Source of the DNA: a virus
Lineage: Duplodnaviria; Caudoviricetes
DNA: 64,000 nt
Virus record (IMG/VR): IMGVR_UViG_3300036770_002726
Location: 541-64,540 of that record
Strand: one strand, 5' to 3'
The notes beneath the pieces were generated by a model that was not told the origin of the DNA, made no database searches, and was given only the letters and a program-made list of their open reading frames with translations. The position numbers were made by a program, and so were the translations under genes. Positions within the stretch are counted from its first letter, which is position 1. Every line of letters begins with the position of its first letter. This document shows positions 1 through 8,904 of this stretch, one piece after another.

Positions 1-10
1 ACTTATTGAA

Positions 11-607
11 ATGGTTAGATGGACATTAGATGAATGTTCCAAGATAGCAAAAACAATCATCATTGTTGGAAATCACGATATGCTTGAAAATAATTTATCA
101 AGATTGGATACATTAACCCCCATCATTGAATCAATGAATAATGATAACATTGTCTATTACAAAGATAGAGGTGTATATGTTGATGAGAATATTGATTGGG
201 TTGTATATTCTTTATTTGAACACAATATTCCCCCAACAATTGAGAAATCTAATAACATTAAAATTGGATTGTTTCACGGACCTATTATAGGTTTATATAC
301 AGACATTGGATATAAGTTTGAAACAGGATATGAGGTGAGTAAATTTGAGGGATGTGATATCGTTCTATGCGGAGATATACACAAGCGTCAAATTATTTAT
401 TTGGACAAAACTCCAATAATTCAAGTAGGTTCAACTATCCAACAGAACTATGGGGAGTCAATTAAGAAACACGGATTTGGAATTTATGATGTTGTTAAGG
501 ATGAATATTCATTTGTTGATTTGGATAATCCAAAACCTTTTCTTAAATTTGCAATAAATTCATTTGAAGATATAATTGATGGAAAAGAAAAACTCACTAA
601 CGCTTAA
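11..607 (+). CDS. SbcD/Mre11-like metallophosphoesterase (recombination nuclease subunit), 5'-truncated by the window edge
   Basis: GNHD, LFHG and GDIH motifs of calcineurin-like phosphoesterases, plus GS..QQ.YGE typical of SbcD/gp47. Confidence 0.85.
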   Translation: MVRWTLDECSKIAKTIIIVGNHDMLENNLSRLDTLTPIIESMNNDNIVYYKDRGVYVDENIDWVVYSLFEHNIPPTIEKSNNIKIGLFHGPIIGLYTDIGYKFETGYEVSKFEGCDIVLCGDIHKRQIIYLDKTPIIQVGSTIQQNYGESIKKHGFGIYDVVKDEYSFVDLDNPKPFLKFAINSFEDIIDGKEKLTNA

Positions 608-1160
608 CAAACAAAATCAAAAAGATTTAACTGATTATTGTAAGTTAAACAATATTGAAGATGTTGAGATGTTTTTTCAACAATGTTTCAAACAAGGATT
701 TGATATAAAAAAATATGGATTAATAGGAGAAAATAATGAGAGAGTTATCGAATACATTGAAAAGGAAGTTCCGATTGAGGTTATCAAATATGTTGAGAAG
801 GAGATTATTAAGGAAGTCCCCATCGAGATTATTAAAGAGGTTGAAAAGGAAGTCATTGTTGAGGTAATAAAAGAAGTCCCAATTGAGTCGAAAATTTTTG
901 TACCAAATGAGGTTATAGTAGAAAAAATTGTGCAAGTTCCAATTGAAGTTGAGAAGATAGTGGAAAAAATTGTGCAAGTTGAGAAACCAAATGATAAGAT
1001 GGGAATGTTGCAAGAGACATTGATGAAACTAAGAAAAGAGATTGGGGAGAAAGATAAAACAATAACTGAATTAAATAACAAGATTGAACAACTTGAAAAA
1101 TTGGTATCCAATACTGGTGCTGTGTTTATGAAGGGTTCAAATTTATTAAATAACTTATGA
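576..1160 (+). CDS. Hypothetical protein with low-complexity (E/K)VP(I)E-(V/I)(I/V)(K/E) repeats and C-terminal coiled coil
   Basis: Repeated EKEVPIEVIK / VEKIVQVP units in the translation. Confidence 0.7.
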   Translation: MMEKKNSLTLNKQNQKDLTDYCKLNNIEDVEMFFQQCFKQGFDIKKYGLIGENNERVIEYIEKEVPIEVIKYVEKEIIKEVPIEIIKEVEKEVIVEVIKEVPIESKIFVPNEVIVEKIVQVPIEVEKIVEKIVQVEKPNDKMGMLQETLMKLRKEIGEKDKTITELNNKIEQLEKLVSNTGAVFMKGSNLLNNL

Positions 1161-1366
1161 CAGCAGTAGAATTTTTAATTAAGCAGATATTTAGCGAAGA
1201 AGATAAATCATTTTTAGAGTTTTACAATGGTGAAATTCAACGAGCTAATAAACTTTTTGAACAACAAATTAATGATGCTTTTAATGCAGGAGTAAATAGT
1301 GAAGATTATTATTATCCTAATTCAATGTTTACAGAAAGTGAAACCTATAAAGAAGATAACTTATAA
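1157..1366 (+). CDS. Small hypothetical phage protein (TAVEFL...EQQINDAF family)
   Basis: ORF overlaps the previous stop (ATGA coupling). Confidence 0.6.
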   Translation: MTAVEFLIKQIFSEEDKSFLEFYNGEIQRANKLFEQQINDAFNAGVNSEDYYYPNSMFTESETYKEDNL

Positions 1367-1387
1367 TATTTATTAAAAAAAAATATT

Positions 1388-1891
1388 ATGAAAAAAATTG
1401 TAAGATTAACTGAATCAAATTTAATTAGATTGATAAAAAGAGTAGTTAATGAAAACGAAGAAAGTTTAAGAACTAAAATAGGTAAAGAGAGGCAAGGAAT
1501 TGGTAATTTTGATAAAACTAAGGACTATAAAATTAAAGTTCTAAAAAGATTTCCTAAATATTTGATTGATATTCATGATACTGCAGTTAATTATTGGGAA
1601 GATACTTTAGAATATTTTCCATACACAAAAGAAGAATTAGATAAAGATAAACAGATTTACTCAACTCAAGAATATGTATCTAAATCTTTTATAGATAGCA
1701 TTACAGACGAAATATATGAAGAATCTGATATAATATTATCTGAAGATAAACAAGGTAGACTTTGGTTATTAGATGGACACCATAGATTAGTTTACGATAG
1801 AATAAATAATCGAAATTCTAAAGTTTATATTATACCTTTTGAAGATGTTGCTGAAATACAAGACATTTTCTATTCTGGAGGAGATGATTAA
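1388..1891 (+). CDS. Leader-bearing protein with ParB/Srx-like domain
   Basis: N-terminal MKKIVRLTESNLIRLIKRVVNE leader; LLDGHHRL ParB-like motif. Confidence 0.65.
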   Translation: MKKIVRLTESNLIRLIKRVVNENEESLRTKIGKERQGIGNFDKTKDYKIKVLKRFPKYLIDIHDTAVNYWEDTLEYFPYTKEELDKDKQIYSTQEYVSKSFIDSITDEIYEESDIILSEDKQGRLWLLDGHHRLVYDRINNRNSKVYIIPFEDVAEIQDIFYSGGDD

Positions 1892-1912
1892 AAAACAATA
1901 AAAATTAATAAT

Positions 1913-2131
1913 ATGGCAGATAGAAGAAGTACAGAAATATTTGAAAGAATATTCGAAGTGTTGGCAAACAATCCAGTTCAAGAAAACATTGATATTGCCA
2001 ATGAACTGTGGTCAATGATTGGTGATTATGATATTCCACTCAGTCATTTGGAAGATGAAAATCTAATAACACTTGGGTTGGCGAGTGTTGATGAAGATGG
2101 TGAAATAAATTATAAAGAAGTTTCATATTAA
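1913..2131 (+). CDS. Hypothetical acidic protein
   Basis: ORF with A-rich leader. Confidence 0.55.
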   Translation: MADRRSTEIFERIFEVLANNPVQENIDIANELWSMIGDYDIPLSHLEDENLITLGLASVDEDGEINYKEVSY

Positions 2132-2152
2132 CATATTTATAGTTAAAAACAT

Positions 2153-2563
2153 ATGGAAAAGTTAATAAGAAGAATCTTAAAAGAAATTAGAGAAGAAAAT
2201 CCTTATCATCAACTTAAAAAGTTTTTGGAAGATAGGATTAGTTTTGAGGGTTATAATTTGGATAAAAATCCACATAACAAAATTAGTCAATTATATGATG
2301 TTTTTGAGGATGAATATGGTTGGCACATTCAACAAGGGTTAAGTAGAAATCCTAGTCCTGAAAAATTACATTTAAAGACCAAAAAATCTTTAATTGAATG
2401 GTTACAAGGATTACCAAGTACAATTGATATTCCTTATTATTACAATGAAATGAGTAATTTATTATATGCTTTAGGTTTTGATGAGGTCAAAGAAATGGAA
2501 GATGATGAAGTTAGTGACTTTTATTATGATTTAATCGCTGAAACTATTCTAGAAAATAAGTAA
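2153..2563 (+). CDS. Leader-bearing hypothetical protein
   Basis: MEKLIRRILKEIREE N-terminus; ATATTTAT at 2133-2140. Confidence 0.6.
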   Translation: MEKLIRRILKEIREENPYHQLKKFLEDRISFEGYNLDKNPHNKISQLYDVFEDEYGWHIQQGLSRNPSPEKLHLKTKKSLIEWLQGLPSTIDIPYYYNEMSNLLYALGFDEVKEMEDDEVSDFYYDLIAETILENK

Positions 2564-2617
2564 ATTAATTAACATTTAACTTTTACAAAGTCCCACTATC
2601 TTTTTTAGTTAAAAATA

Positions 2618-2909
2618 GTGGGACTTTGTTTACTTTGTCAAAGACAATTCTGACCAAGTTAAAATAGGGTACACAAAAAGAGATGTACAAAAGAGGGTTA
2701 AAGAGTTGAATTCACCAAATTTAAGTGTTATTCTTGAATTTGAGTCAAAGTACCCCACCCAACTAGAAAAAGCCTTACATTTTAGATTCAAACAACATAA
2801 TATTGAGAGGGAGTGGTTTAATTTAACTGACTTCACTATTGATGATTTGAAAAAAATTTGTCATATTTTGGAGGAGGGTATAAACTCAATAAAAGAAAAT
2901 AAATTTTAA
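2618..2909 (+). pseudogene. T5orf172/MUG113-like GIY-YIG nuclease lacking an in-frame start (apparent 1-nt frameshift after GTG 2618)
   Basis: The frame of ORF 2706-2909 extends upstream as WDFVYFVKDNSDQVKIGYTKRDVQKRVKEL to a TAG at 2616; EKALH...EWF motif downstream; GTG at 2618 is one base out of frame. Confidence 0.6.
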
Positions 2910-2910
2910 T

Positions 2911-3264
2911 ATGATTACAATTCAAATTTTAACTTGGTTCATTTTATCCTATGGACTTATGAACATTATGGTTTATGGAAGTATATTCCAAGGACTAAGA
3001 GATTTCTTCAAAAATATGGGTGATAATCCACATACCCCACTTAGATTTTTATTTGAGTTTATTAGTGGGGTATTATCCTGTCCGATGTGTTTCAGTACTT
3101 GGAGTGGGTTCTTTTTAGGTTTGGTAGTGTTTTCTCCAATACATACACTATTTGGAATACCTATATGGGGTTCTTGGTTCTTTGATGGTATTTTATCATC
3201 AGGAGCAGTATGGGCGATTAATGCAATTGTTGAATATTATGAAGAAAATAGACCATCTAAATGA
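2911..3264 (+). CDS. Membrane protein (DUF1360-like, CxxC)
   Basis: Hydrophobic segments; LSCPMCFSTW motif. Confidence 0.55.
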   Translation: MITIQILTWFILSYGLMNIMVYGSIFQGLRDFFKNMGDNPHTPLRFLFEFISGVLSCPMCFSTWSGFFLGLVVFSPIHTLFGIPIWGSWFFDGILSSGAVWAINAIVEYYEENRPSK

Positions 3265-3896
3265 AAAAAGTTTTAGAGTTATTTGCTGGTAGTCGTTCTA
3301 TTGGTAAAGCCGCAGAATCACTTGGAATGGAAGTATTTTCAGTTGATTGGGAACAATATGAGGGGATAAATTTATCAAAAGATATTGGTGAATTAACAAT
3401 GGAAGATGTTCCATTCACCCCTGATATTGTTTGGGCTTCACCAGATTGTACAACATATACAATTGCGGCAATATCACATCACAGAAACGGAACTGAACCC
3501 AAAAGTGAATATGCAAAAAAATGTGATATGGTTAATCAACATTTTATTTCATTGATAAAACAATGGTTAACCATTAATCCAAATATGGTATTCTTTATTG
3601 AAAATCCAAGGGGTATGTTAAGAAAGATGCCTTGGATGTTAGAATTCACAAGACATACAATATGGTATTGCAAATATGGTGATGAAAGAGCCAAACCAAC
3701 TGATATATGGACAAATAGTACAACTTGGATACCAAGACCTGTTTGCAAGAATGGTAATACTGAATGTCATCACCAACCAGCACCAAGGGGAAGTAAAACT
3801 GGAACTCAAGGTAGAAAAGGAAGTTATGAAAGAAGTAAAATACCTGAAAAACTTTGTATGGAAATATTAACGTCCGATGATAAACAATCGTTTTAA
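3261..3896 (+). CDS. DNA cytosine-C5 methyltransferase-like protein
   Basis: VLELFAG (motif I), SPDC (motif IV), IENP (motif VI). Confidence 0.75.
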   Translation: MKKVLELFAGSRSIGKAAESLGMEVFSVDWEQYEGINLSKDIGELTMEDVPFTPDIVWASPDCTTYTIAAISHHRNGTEPKSEYAKKCDMVNQHFISLIKQWLTINPNMVFFIENPRGMLRKMPWMLEFTRHTIWYCKYGDERAKPTDIWTNSTTWIPRPVCKNGNTECHHQPAPRGSKTGTQGRKGSYERSKIPEKLCMEILTSDDKQSF

Positions 3897-3958
3897 TGTT
3901 GTTTATCATTTCTTAGGTTTTGTCATTAATTTGTTTTACCTTTGTAAAAAATATAAAT

Positions 3959-4177
3959 ATGGAAAGTAAAGGACATTTTTGTTATGGATGTAATGAGTAT
4001 TTTCATGGCTCACGATTTGGTATTACAACACACAAAGGTTGTAAGGGTAAAAAGAGTTTAGGTATTTGTGTGGATAGTAAAGAATGGGGTGAATACCATC
4101 CATATAATTTAGAAGAAAAAAGTAAATGGGAGTTGATTCAAATTATACAAAAACTCTCAAAACAAATTAATGATTGA
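3959..4177 (+). CDS. Small Cys/His-containing hypothetical protein
   Basis: ATG 3959 follows a TACCTTTG -7 element at 3937-3944; CYGC motif. Confidence 0.5.
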   Translation: MESKGHFCYGCNEYFHGSRFGITTHKGCKGKKSLGICVDSKEWGEYHPYNLEEKSKWELIQIIQKLSKQIND

Positions 4178-4180
4178 ACC

Positions 4181-4268
4181 TAATGGTACTTGTGTATATG
4201 CCGTGCAAGTACAAAGATTTATTAACGGCTATAATTTTCAAAGCATGGCATATACACAATGTTATGCA
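4181..4268. repeat. attC-like hairpin (17-bp arms 4190-4206 / 4243-4259) ending in GTTATGCA
   Basis: TTGTGTATATGCCGTGC vs GCATGGCATATACACAA: 16/17 complementary. Confidence 0.75.
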
Positions 4269-4296
4269 GCGAAGCGAACAGTTTAAAATTTTTATT

Positions 4297-4482
4297 ATGG
4301 AAAGTTACTCAGAACGAATAGACAGAGAAATTGCGGAAACCGAAAAAATGTTTCCTGATGTTAAAAAAATAGTGGATGAAATTTCAAGGATTAAAAATAT
4401 GTCGAATATGGAATTTGACTATGACAGCGAAAGGAAACATTTGATGTACGAAGCTGTTAAGAAAATTTTAAATTGTGCATAA
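4297..4482 (+). CDS. Small hypothetical protein in a cassette-like unit
   Basis: Flanked by GTTATGCA (4261) and TGCATAAC (4476-4483); the stop codon lies inside TAAC. Confidence 0.6.
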   Translation: MESYSERIDREIAETEKMFPDVKKIVDEISRIKNMSNMEFDYDSERKHLMYEAVKKILNCA

Positions 4483-4571
4483 CTAGAATATATACGTAAG
4501 TCGCCATAACCGATTAGTACTCAATCACTTAAAAGACCCAACTATAAGGATTCACAAACAAAAACTGAATT

Positions 4572-5204
4572 ATGAAAGTATTGAATTTATATGCTGGTAT
4601 TGGTGGGAATAGAAAATATTGGGAAGATGTTGAAGTAACAGCGGTTGAATATAATGAAGAAATCGCAAATGTATATCAACATTTTTTCCCCAATGATAAT
4701 GTTATTGTTGATGATGCCCACGAATATCTTGCAAAGAATTGGAGAAACTTTGATTTTATATGGAGCAGTCCCCCTTGTCAAAGTCATAGCAAAGTTAGGA
4801 TGATGGCAAGCAAGGGTGGAAGTTATGATTCAGTAATGCCAGATATGAAATTATGGGCGGAGATAATCTTCTTACAAAACTTCACAAAGAATACCAATAT
4901 AAAGTTTGTTGTTGAGAATGTTAAACCCTATTATGAACCATTTGTTAAACCATCATTGAAATTGGGGAGACATTTATTTTGGACAAACTTTGATATTCCA
5001 ATTATTGATATTAAGGATGGTTTGACCCATAATGAGAGGGGAAGTTCAGAGAAGGGTTATTTTGATTTGAGGGTGTTTAAATTAAAACATAGGAAAGACC
5101 AAATTATTAGAAATTGTGTTGATCCCAATGTTGGAAAATATATATTTGACATTGTTAAAAAAAATAATTATAATGGAGAAAAAATTGGTGAGATTTCCCA
5201 ATGA
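4572..5204 (+). CDS. DNA cytosine-C5 methyltransferase
   Basis: LYAGIGG, SPPCQ and ENV motifs. Confidence 0.85.
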   Translation: MKVLNLYAGIGGNRKYWEDVEVTAVEYNEEIANVYQHFFPNDNVIVDDAHEYLAKNWRNFDFIWSSPPCQSHSKVRMMASKGGSYDSVMPDMKLWAEIIFLQNFTKNTNIKFVVENVKPYYEPFVKPSLKLGRHLFWTNFDIPIIDIKDGLTHNERGSSEKGYFDLRVFKLKHRKDQIIRNCVDPNVGKYIFDIVKKNNYNGEKIGEISQ

Positions 5205-5316
5205 AAGTGAGTTCATTGAAATGGAAATCAATATGGATGAATTTGATAATGATAAAACATTTGAACAAGAAATGTTTGGATGGTACAAAGGAATATACAT
5301 TTCAATTAAATTATAA
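5173..5316 (+). CDS. Small hypothetical protein
   Basis: ATG 5173; stop coupled to the next start. Confidence 0.45.
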   Translation: MEKKLVRFPNESEFIEMEINMDEFDNDKTFEQEMFGWYKGIYISIKL

Positions 5317-5747
5317 TGGAACTAATAACAACTTATATTTGTAAATTATCGGACACTGGTGTTCACGATAATATATTTGGTGGAACAATACTTGGTTTGA
5401 TTGACCAAAGTGCTGGTGCTTATGCCGCTCAGATATGTGATACACCAAGAATGGTGACAGTTAAAATTGATGAATTGGTTTTTAAGAATCCAGTTAAAGC
5501 TGGAACAATTATAAAAATATATGGCAAAGTTTTGGAATTTGGTAATACTTCCATAACTTTATATATTGAAGTTAGAAAACATAATGTTTATACTGGTAAA
5601 CAAGAGGTTGTTGTTTCAACTAATATCAAGTTTGTTAGAATTGATGAAGAAGGTTATCCAATTCCAATCTCGGAAAGAGTTAAGATTAGATACAATGAAA
5701 GAATTGAAAAATATGGTAAAGGATTATTAAACCCAGGTGAAAAATAA
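5316..5747 (+). CDS. Acyl-CoA thioesterase (hotdog fold, YciA-like)
   Basis: NIFGG.IL..ID..AG and VTV.ID.L.F..PV motifs. Confidence 0.85.
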   Translation: MELITTYICKLSDTGVHDNIFGGTILGLIDQSAGAYAAQICDTPRMVTVKIDELVFKNPVKAGTIIKIYGKVLEFGNTSITLYIEVRKHNVYTGKQEVVVSTNIKFVRIDEEGYPIPISERVKIRYNERIEKYGKGLLNPGEK

Positions 5748-5748
5748 T

Positions 5749-6207
5749 ATGGAAGATTTTGATTCATTAAATGAGAAACAATTGGAATCCCTTGAAAGGG
5801 GGCTCTCCGATTTAAAAAATAATAGAGTTATGACAAGTGATGAATTTTGGAAGGAATTGTTATCAAAAAAAGAACAACAAGAATTATTGGATGAGGTTTA
5901 TGAGAATTATTGTAAGTCATTTGAAAATCAAACACTAATTGAAGAATACTCTTTTGATACAGACCCAATGACTCAATTTATGTTCATCAACAAATGTAAA
6001 AACGACAAAGGATTCTCTGAAAAGTGGGGATTGAAAATTGAGGAACGAGAGTTGAGTGAACTAGAGAGAATGAATATAGGTAAGAGTAAAGGAATGTGGA
6101 AAGAGTTTCAATTTGGCAATGTTCACGAACCATGTAATGAAAGAGGAATACCCACCAAACTAATCACAATAAAATACAACGATAAAACAATAGAAAGTTA
6201 TGAATAA
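5749..6207 (+). CDS. ThyA-insert-related mini-protein, copy 1 (extra N-terminal segment)
   Basis: QQELLDEVYENY...FINKCK...FSEKWGLKIEERELS...IPTKLITI..KTIESYE. Confidence 0.75.
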   Translation: MEDFDSLNEKQLESLERGLSDLKNNRVMTSDEFWKELLSKKEQQELLDEVYENYCKSFENQTLIEEYSFDTDPMTQFMFINKCKNDKGFSEKWGLKIEERELSELERMNIGKSKGMWKEFQFGNVHEPCNERGIPTKLITIKYNDKTIESYE

Positions 6208-6583
6208 CGAACAACAAGAATTATTGGATGAGGTTTATGAGAATTATAAAAAGGAAATCCTTCGGCAAAGGAAAATTCAGAGAGAAAAAGTTCAAAAATT
6301 GAGAAGTCAAGGTAAACGATTAAAGGTTTCTTTGATTGAGTTATTAACAAAAGAAGACTTCATCGACAAATGTAAAACCGATTCTAAGTTCTCTGAAAAG
6401 TGGGGATTAACCATTGAAGAACGAGAGTTGAGTTTGGAAGAGAGAGCAAAATTATACGAACAGAAAACAAATGTAGACACTAATTTCTTTCCTGTTCTTA
6501 GAGAAACATTAAATTTTCACAATATCCCAACCCGACTAATCACAATAACATATCACGATAAAACAATAAAAAGTTATGAATAA
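6200..6583 (+). CDS. ThyA-insert-related mini-protein, copy 2
   Basis: Paralog of 5749 and 6819; RELSLEER...NIPTR shared with ThyA. Confidence 0.8.
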   Translation: MNNEQQELLDEVYENYKKEILRQRKIQREKVQKLRSQGKRLKVSLIELLTKEDFIDKCKTDSKFSEKWGLTIEERELSLEERAKLYEQKTNVDTNFFPVLRETLNFHNIPTRLITITYHDKTIKSYE

Positions 6584-6812
6584 AGAAATTCCTGTAAAAT
6601 ACAATGGTGAGATTGTTGGATACACAACAGATGAAGGAAAGACCATTCAATTTAATGATAGTGATGCCTCAAAAAAGGTAAACGAAATGCTTAATCAAAA
6701 ACAAACGGTGTGGGTTTCATCAAGAGCAATTGGTGAAATTAAAAGTGACAACACTGTTGAATTAAATGAAATTAAATCATACGATATATCACACTTTGGA
6801 AACAAACAATAG
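6576..6812 (+). CDS. Hypothetical protein between junction repeats
   Basis: Starts MNKE inside one repeat and ends at the next; WVSSRAIG motif. Confidence 0.65.
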   Translation: MNKEIPVKYNGEIVGYTTDEGKTIQFNDSDASKKVNEMLNQKQTVWVSSRAIGEIKSDNTVELNEIKSYDISHFGNKQ

Positions 6813-6818
6813 AAAGTT

Positions 6819-7295
6819 ATGAATAAAGAACAACAAGAATTATTGGATGCAGCATACGAGAATTACACGAAAACTTTGGTAGGTTCTATTACTTTCTCGG
6901 AAAGAGAAAAAAATTTCAAATCAAATGGGATTGAATTTAACTCAGGTTATCCAAATTATACCCACTATACACAAGAAGAATTCATCAATAAATGTAAAAC
7001 TGAGGATGCACTATCCTTAAAGTGGAGAGAAGAATATAGAAACCTCCAATATGGCTCCAAAGAAGAAATAGAACACTTAAGTAAACATTATACATCCAAT
7101 ACAGAGTTCTCTAAAAAGTGGAGATTAAAGATTGAAGAACGAGAGTTGAGTTTGGAAGAGAGAGCAACAATTTGGGATAATACACATAATCCAGCAGGTA
7201 ACATATTCACACATAACCAATATGACGAGAATAATATACCTAAACGAGCAATCTCATTAAGATACAACCATAAAACAATAACGAGTTATGAATGA
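6819..7295 (+). CDS. ThyA-insert-related mini-protein, copy 3
   Basis: TQEEFINKCK...RELSLEER...NIPKRAISL, closest to ThyA NIPIRAISL. Confidence 0.8.
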   Translation: MNKEQQELLDAAYENYTKTLVGSITFSEREKNFKSNGIEFNSGYPNYTHYTQEEFINKCKTEDALSLKWREEYRNLQYGSKEEIEHLSKHYTSNTEFSKKWRLKIEERELSLEERATIWDNTHNPAGNIFTHNQYDENNIPKRAISLRYNHKTITSYE

Positions 7296-7527
7296 AGAAT
7301 TTTCACCAAAAAGAAGCCTGTCTGACCGATATTCAATTGAAAGTATGGCTAAGTCCCAGGGACTTTCAGTAGAAGAATTTCAAACCAGCATTAAAGAAGA
7401 ATTTAAAATAAAGAACGACTTAATTCAAAAGTACTTAGATAAAGGTTATACTCAAGAGCAAGCCGAAACCACTGCACTCAGAATACTGTATATTCCATCG
7501 TTCGGAGGAGGAACCTTTAAAGATTAA
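7288..7527 (+). CDS. Hypothetical protein between junction repeats
   Basis: MNEE start inside a repeat variant. Confidence 0.6.
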   Translation: MNEEFSPKRSLSDRYSIESMAKSQGLSVEEFQTSIKEEFKIKNDLIQKYLDKGYTQEQAETTALRILYIPSFGGGTFKD

Positions 7528-7540
7528 ACAATAGAAAGTT

Positions 7541-8011
7541 ATGAATAAAGAAAAATACATAGGTCTCATCTTAGATGAAAGAAATGACCATTATACTATT
7601 GGTTATAGAGAAACCACCGATTTTGAAACTTTAAAAAAGTGGAAGGAAGAAATGTTAGAATGTTCTAACGTTGAAGATTGTAAAATACTAAAAGTTGAAG
7701 AGATAGAAAGAGAGAAACTTGACATAGAACATAATGTTGTTAATAAACAATCACTCTACTCAGAAATTGAAACACTTATTATTAAGTGGAATATTGATGG
7801 AACTAAAACAGCAGGTTCTCTCACTAGAGATATAATGAAATTACTAAATGTCACATTAAAAAATAAAGCAAAAGAATCAGCAGAATATAAAAAAATCTTC
7901 AAGGAAATCAAACCAAATAGGCTGATAAGTACTGAATACGGTTCAGGAATAATTGATTCTCAAACAGGTGAAGTTACAATTACACCATATCCAACAATAA
8001 AAGACTTATAA
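7541..8011 (+). CDS. Hypothetical protein
   Basis: MNKE start inside an exact junction repeat. Confidence 0.65.
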   Translation: MNKEKYIGLILDERNDHYTIGYRETTDFETLKKWKEEMLECSNVEDCKILKVEEIEREKLDIEHNVVNKQSLYSEIETLIIKWNIDGTKTAGSLTRDIMKLLNVTLKNKAKESAEYKKIFKEIKPNRLISTEYGSGIIDSQTGEVTITPYPTIKDL

Positions 8012-8031
8012 AGAATTAAATACAATGAACC

Positions 8032-8220
8032 ATGAATAACGAACAAAAAACACTTCTATCTAAGTTGCTAAAAGCATCTCAAGAAATTGATAGAACACCT
8101 AAAGCTAATTACGTACATCTTTCAGAAGAGTTCATCCAAAAACAAGCGGATGAAAAAGGTATTACCTTGGATGAGATGGTAGAAATAATCAAAAACGAAT
8201 TAAAACCAAACAATAACTAA
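8032..8220 (+). CDS. Hypothetical protein
   Basis: MNNEQK start resembling the mini-protein starts. Confidence 0.55.
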   Translation: MNNEQKTLLSKLLKASQEIDRTPKANYVHLSEEFIQKQADEKGITLDEMVEIIKNELKPNNN

Positions 8221-8223
8221 GTT

Positions 8224-8376
8224 ATGAAAATAAATAAAGAAGAACTATATAAACTCTATATGGAGTGGATAGATAAAGTTACCAAAGAATGTGATTGGAA
8301 AACTTCATTTACACCAGAAGAAATAGTTGGAGCAATTGCTACCATTTTAGAAAATAATCCAAATTTATATGAGTAA
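8224..8376 (+). CDS. Small hypothetical protein (50 aa, not in ORF track)
   Basis: MKINKEELYKLYMEW...NLYE*, starts in a junction variant. Confidence 0.55.
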   Translation: MKINKEELYKLYMEWIDKVTKECDWKTSFTPEEIVGAIATILENNPNLYE

Positions 8377-8530
8377 AGAAGATACATATTCAATACCTAT
8401 TTACGAAAACGGAGTGAAGACAGAATGGAGTGTTGATGGAATAATTGGTGATGAGAAATACTTTAAATTATTAGAGTTGGGTAATGGGAAAGATTTACCT
8501 GATATGATTAACATAACAACGAAACAATAG
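8369..8530 (+). CDS. Small hypothetical protein (53 aa, not in ORF track)
   Basis: MSKEDTYSIPIYENG...; overlaps the previous stop. Confidence 0.5.
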   Translation: MSKEDTYSIPIYENGVKTEWSVDGIIGDEKYFKLLELGNGKDLPDMINITTKQ

Positions 8531-8536
8531 ATTAGT

Positions 8537-8653
8537 ATGAATAAACTAGATAAACTAATAGAATGGGTTAGTTGGGAAACATCCACACACTACTGCATTT
8601 CTCAATGGGATGTAGCCTCACCAATTAAAAGCAAATGGATTAAAAAAAAATGA
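8537..8653 (+). CDS. Small ORF starting with the same MNKLDK as ThyA
   Basis: ATGAATAAACTAGATAAA vs thyA ATGAACAAACTAGATAAA. Confidence 0.4.
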   Translation: MNKLDKLIEWVSWETSTHYCISQWDVASPIKSKWIKKK

Positions 8654-8904
8654 GCAGTCAATACCGAAAAATAAAATATGAATCAGAGGGACCATATGGT
8701 TCAGTTGAAGAAAAATACTTATACATTCATTCACATAGTACGGTAGATGTGTATAACATTTATGATAATAATGGTGAACATCTATTTTCTTTTTCAGAAA
8801 CTGGATTTGATATGGGTAGTGCCTTAGCTGTTGCCTTTACAAATTGGCAAGACCCAAGAATGGAAATAGTTTCTCATAACGAATGGAAAAATAAAATAAA
8901 ATGA
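8650..8904 (+). CDS. Hypothetical protein
   Basis: ORF coupled to the thyA start. Confidence 0.6.
   Translation: MSSQYRKIKYESEGPYGSVEEKYLYIHSHSTVDVYNIYDNNGEHLFSFSETGFDMGSALAVAFTNWQDPRMEIVSHNEWKNKIK

Larger units (their letters stand above)
6185..8545 (+). repeat. Dispersed junction repeat AAACAATAGAAAGTTATGAATAA at gene boundaries
   Basis: Exact at 6185, 6804 and 7526; variants at 6561, 7273, 8208 and 8522; each contains the next ATG. Confidence 0.9.

Noticed and set aside
677-1111. Minus-strand ORFs opposite the EVP-repeat gene
   Set aside because: Antisense shadows of a low-complexity coding sequence
4174-4296. N-terminal extension of ORF 4174 from a TTG start
   Set aside because: It merely reads through the hairpin element; ATG 4297 is the more plausible start
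6185-7550. Repeats as a CRISPR array
   Set aside because: Spacing is hundreds of bp of coding sequence; no regular 25-45 bp spacers and no cas genes
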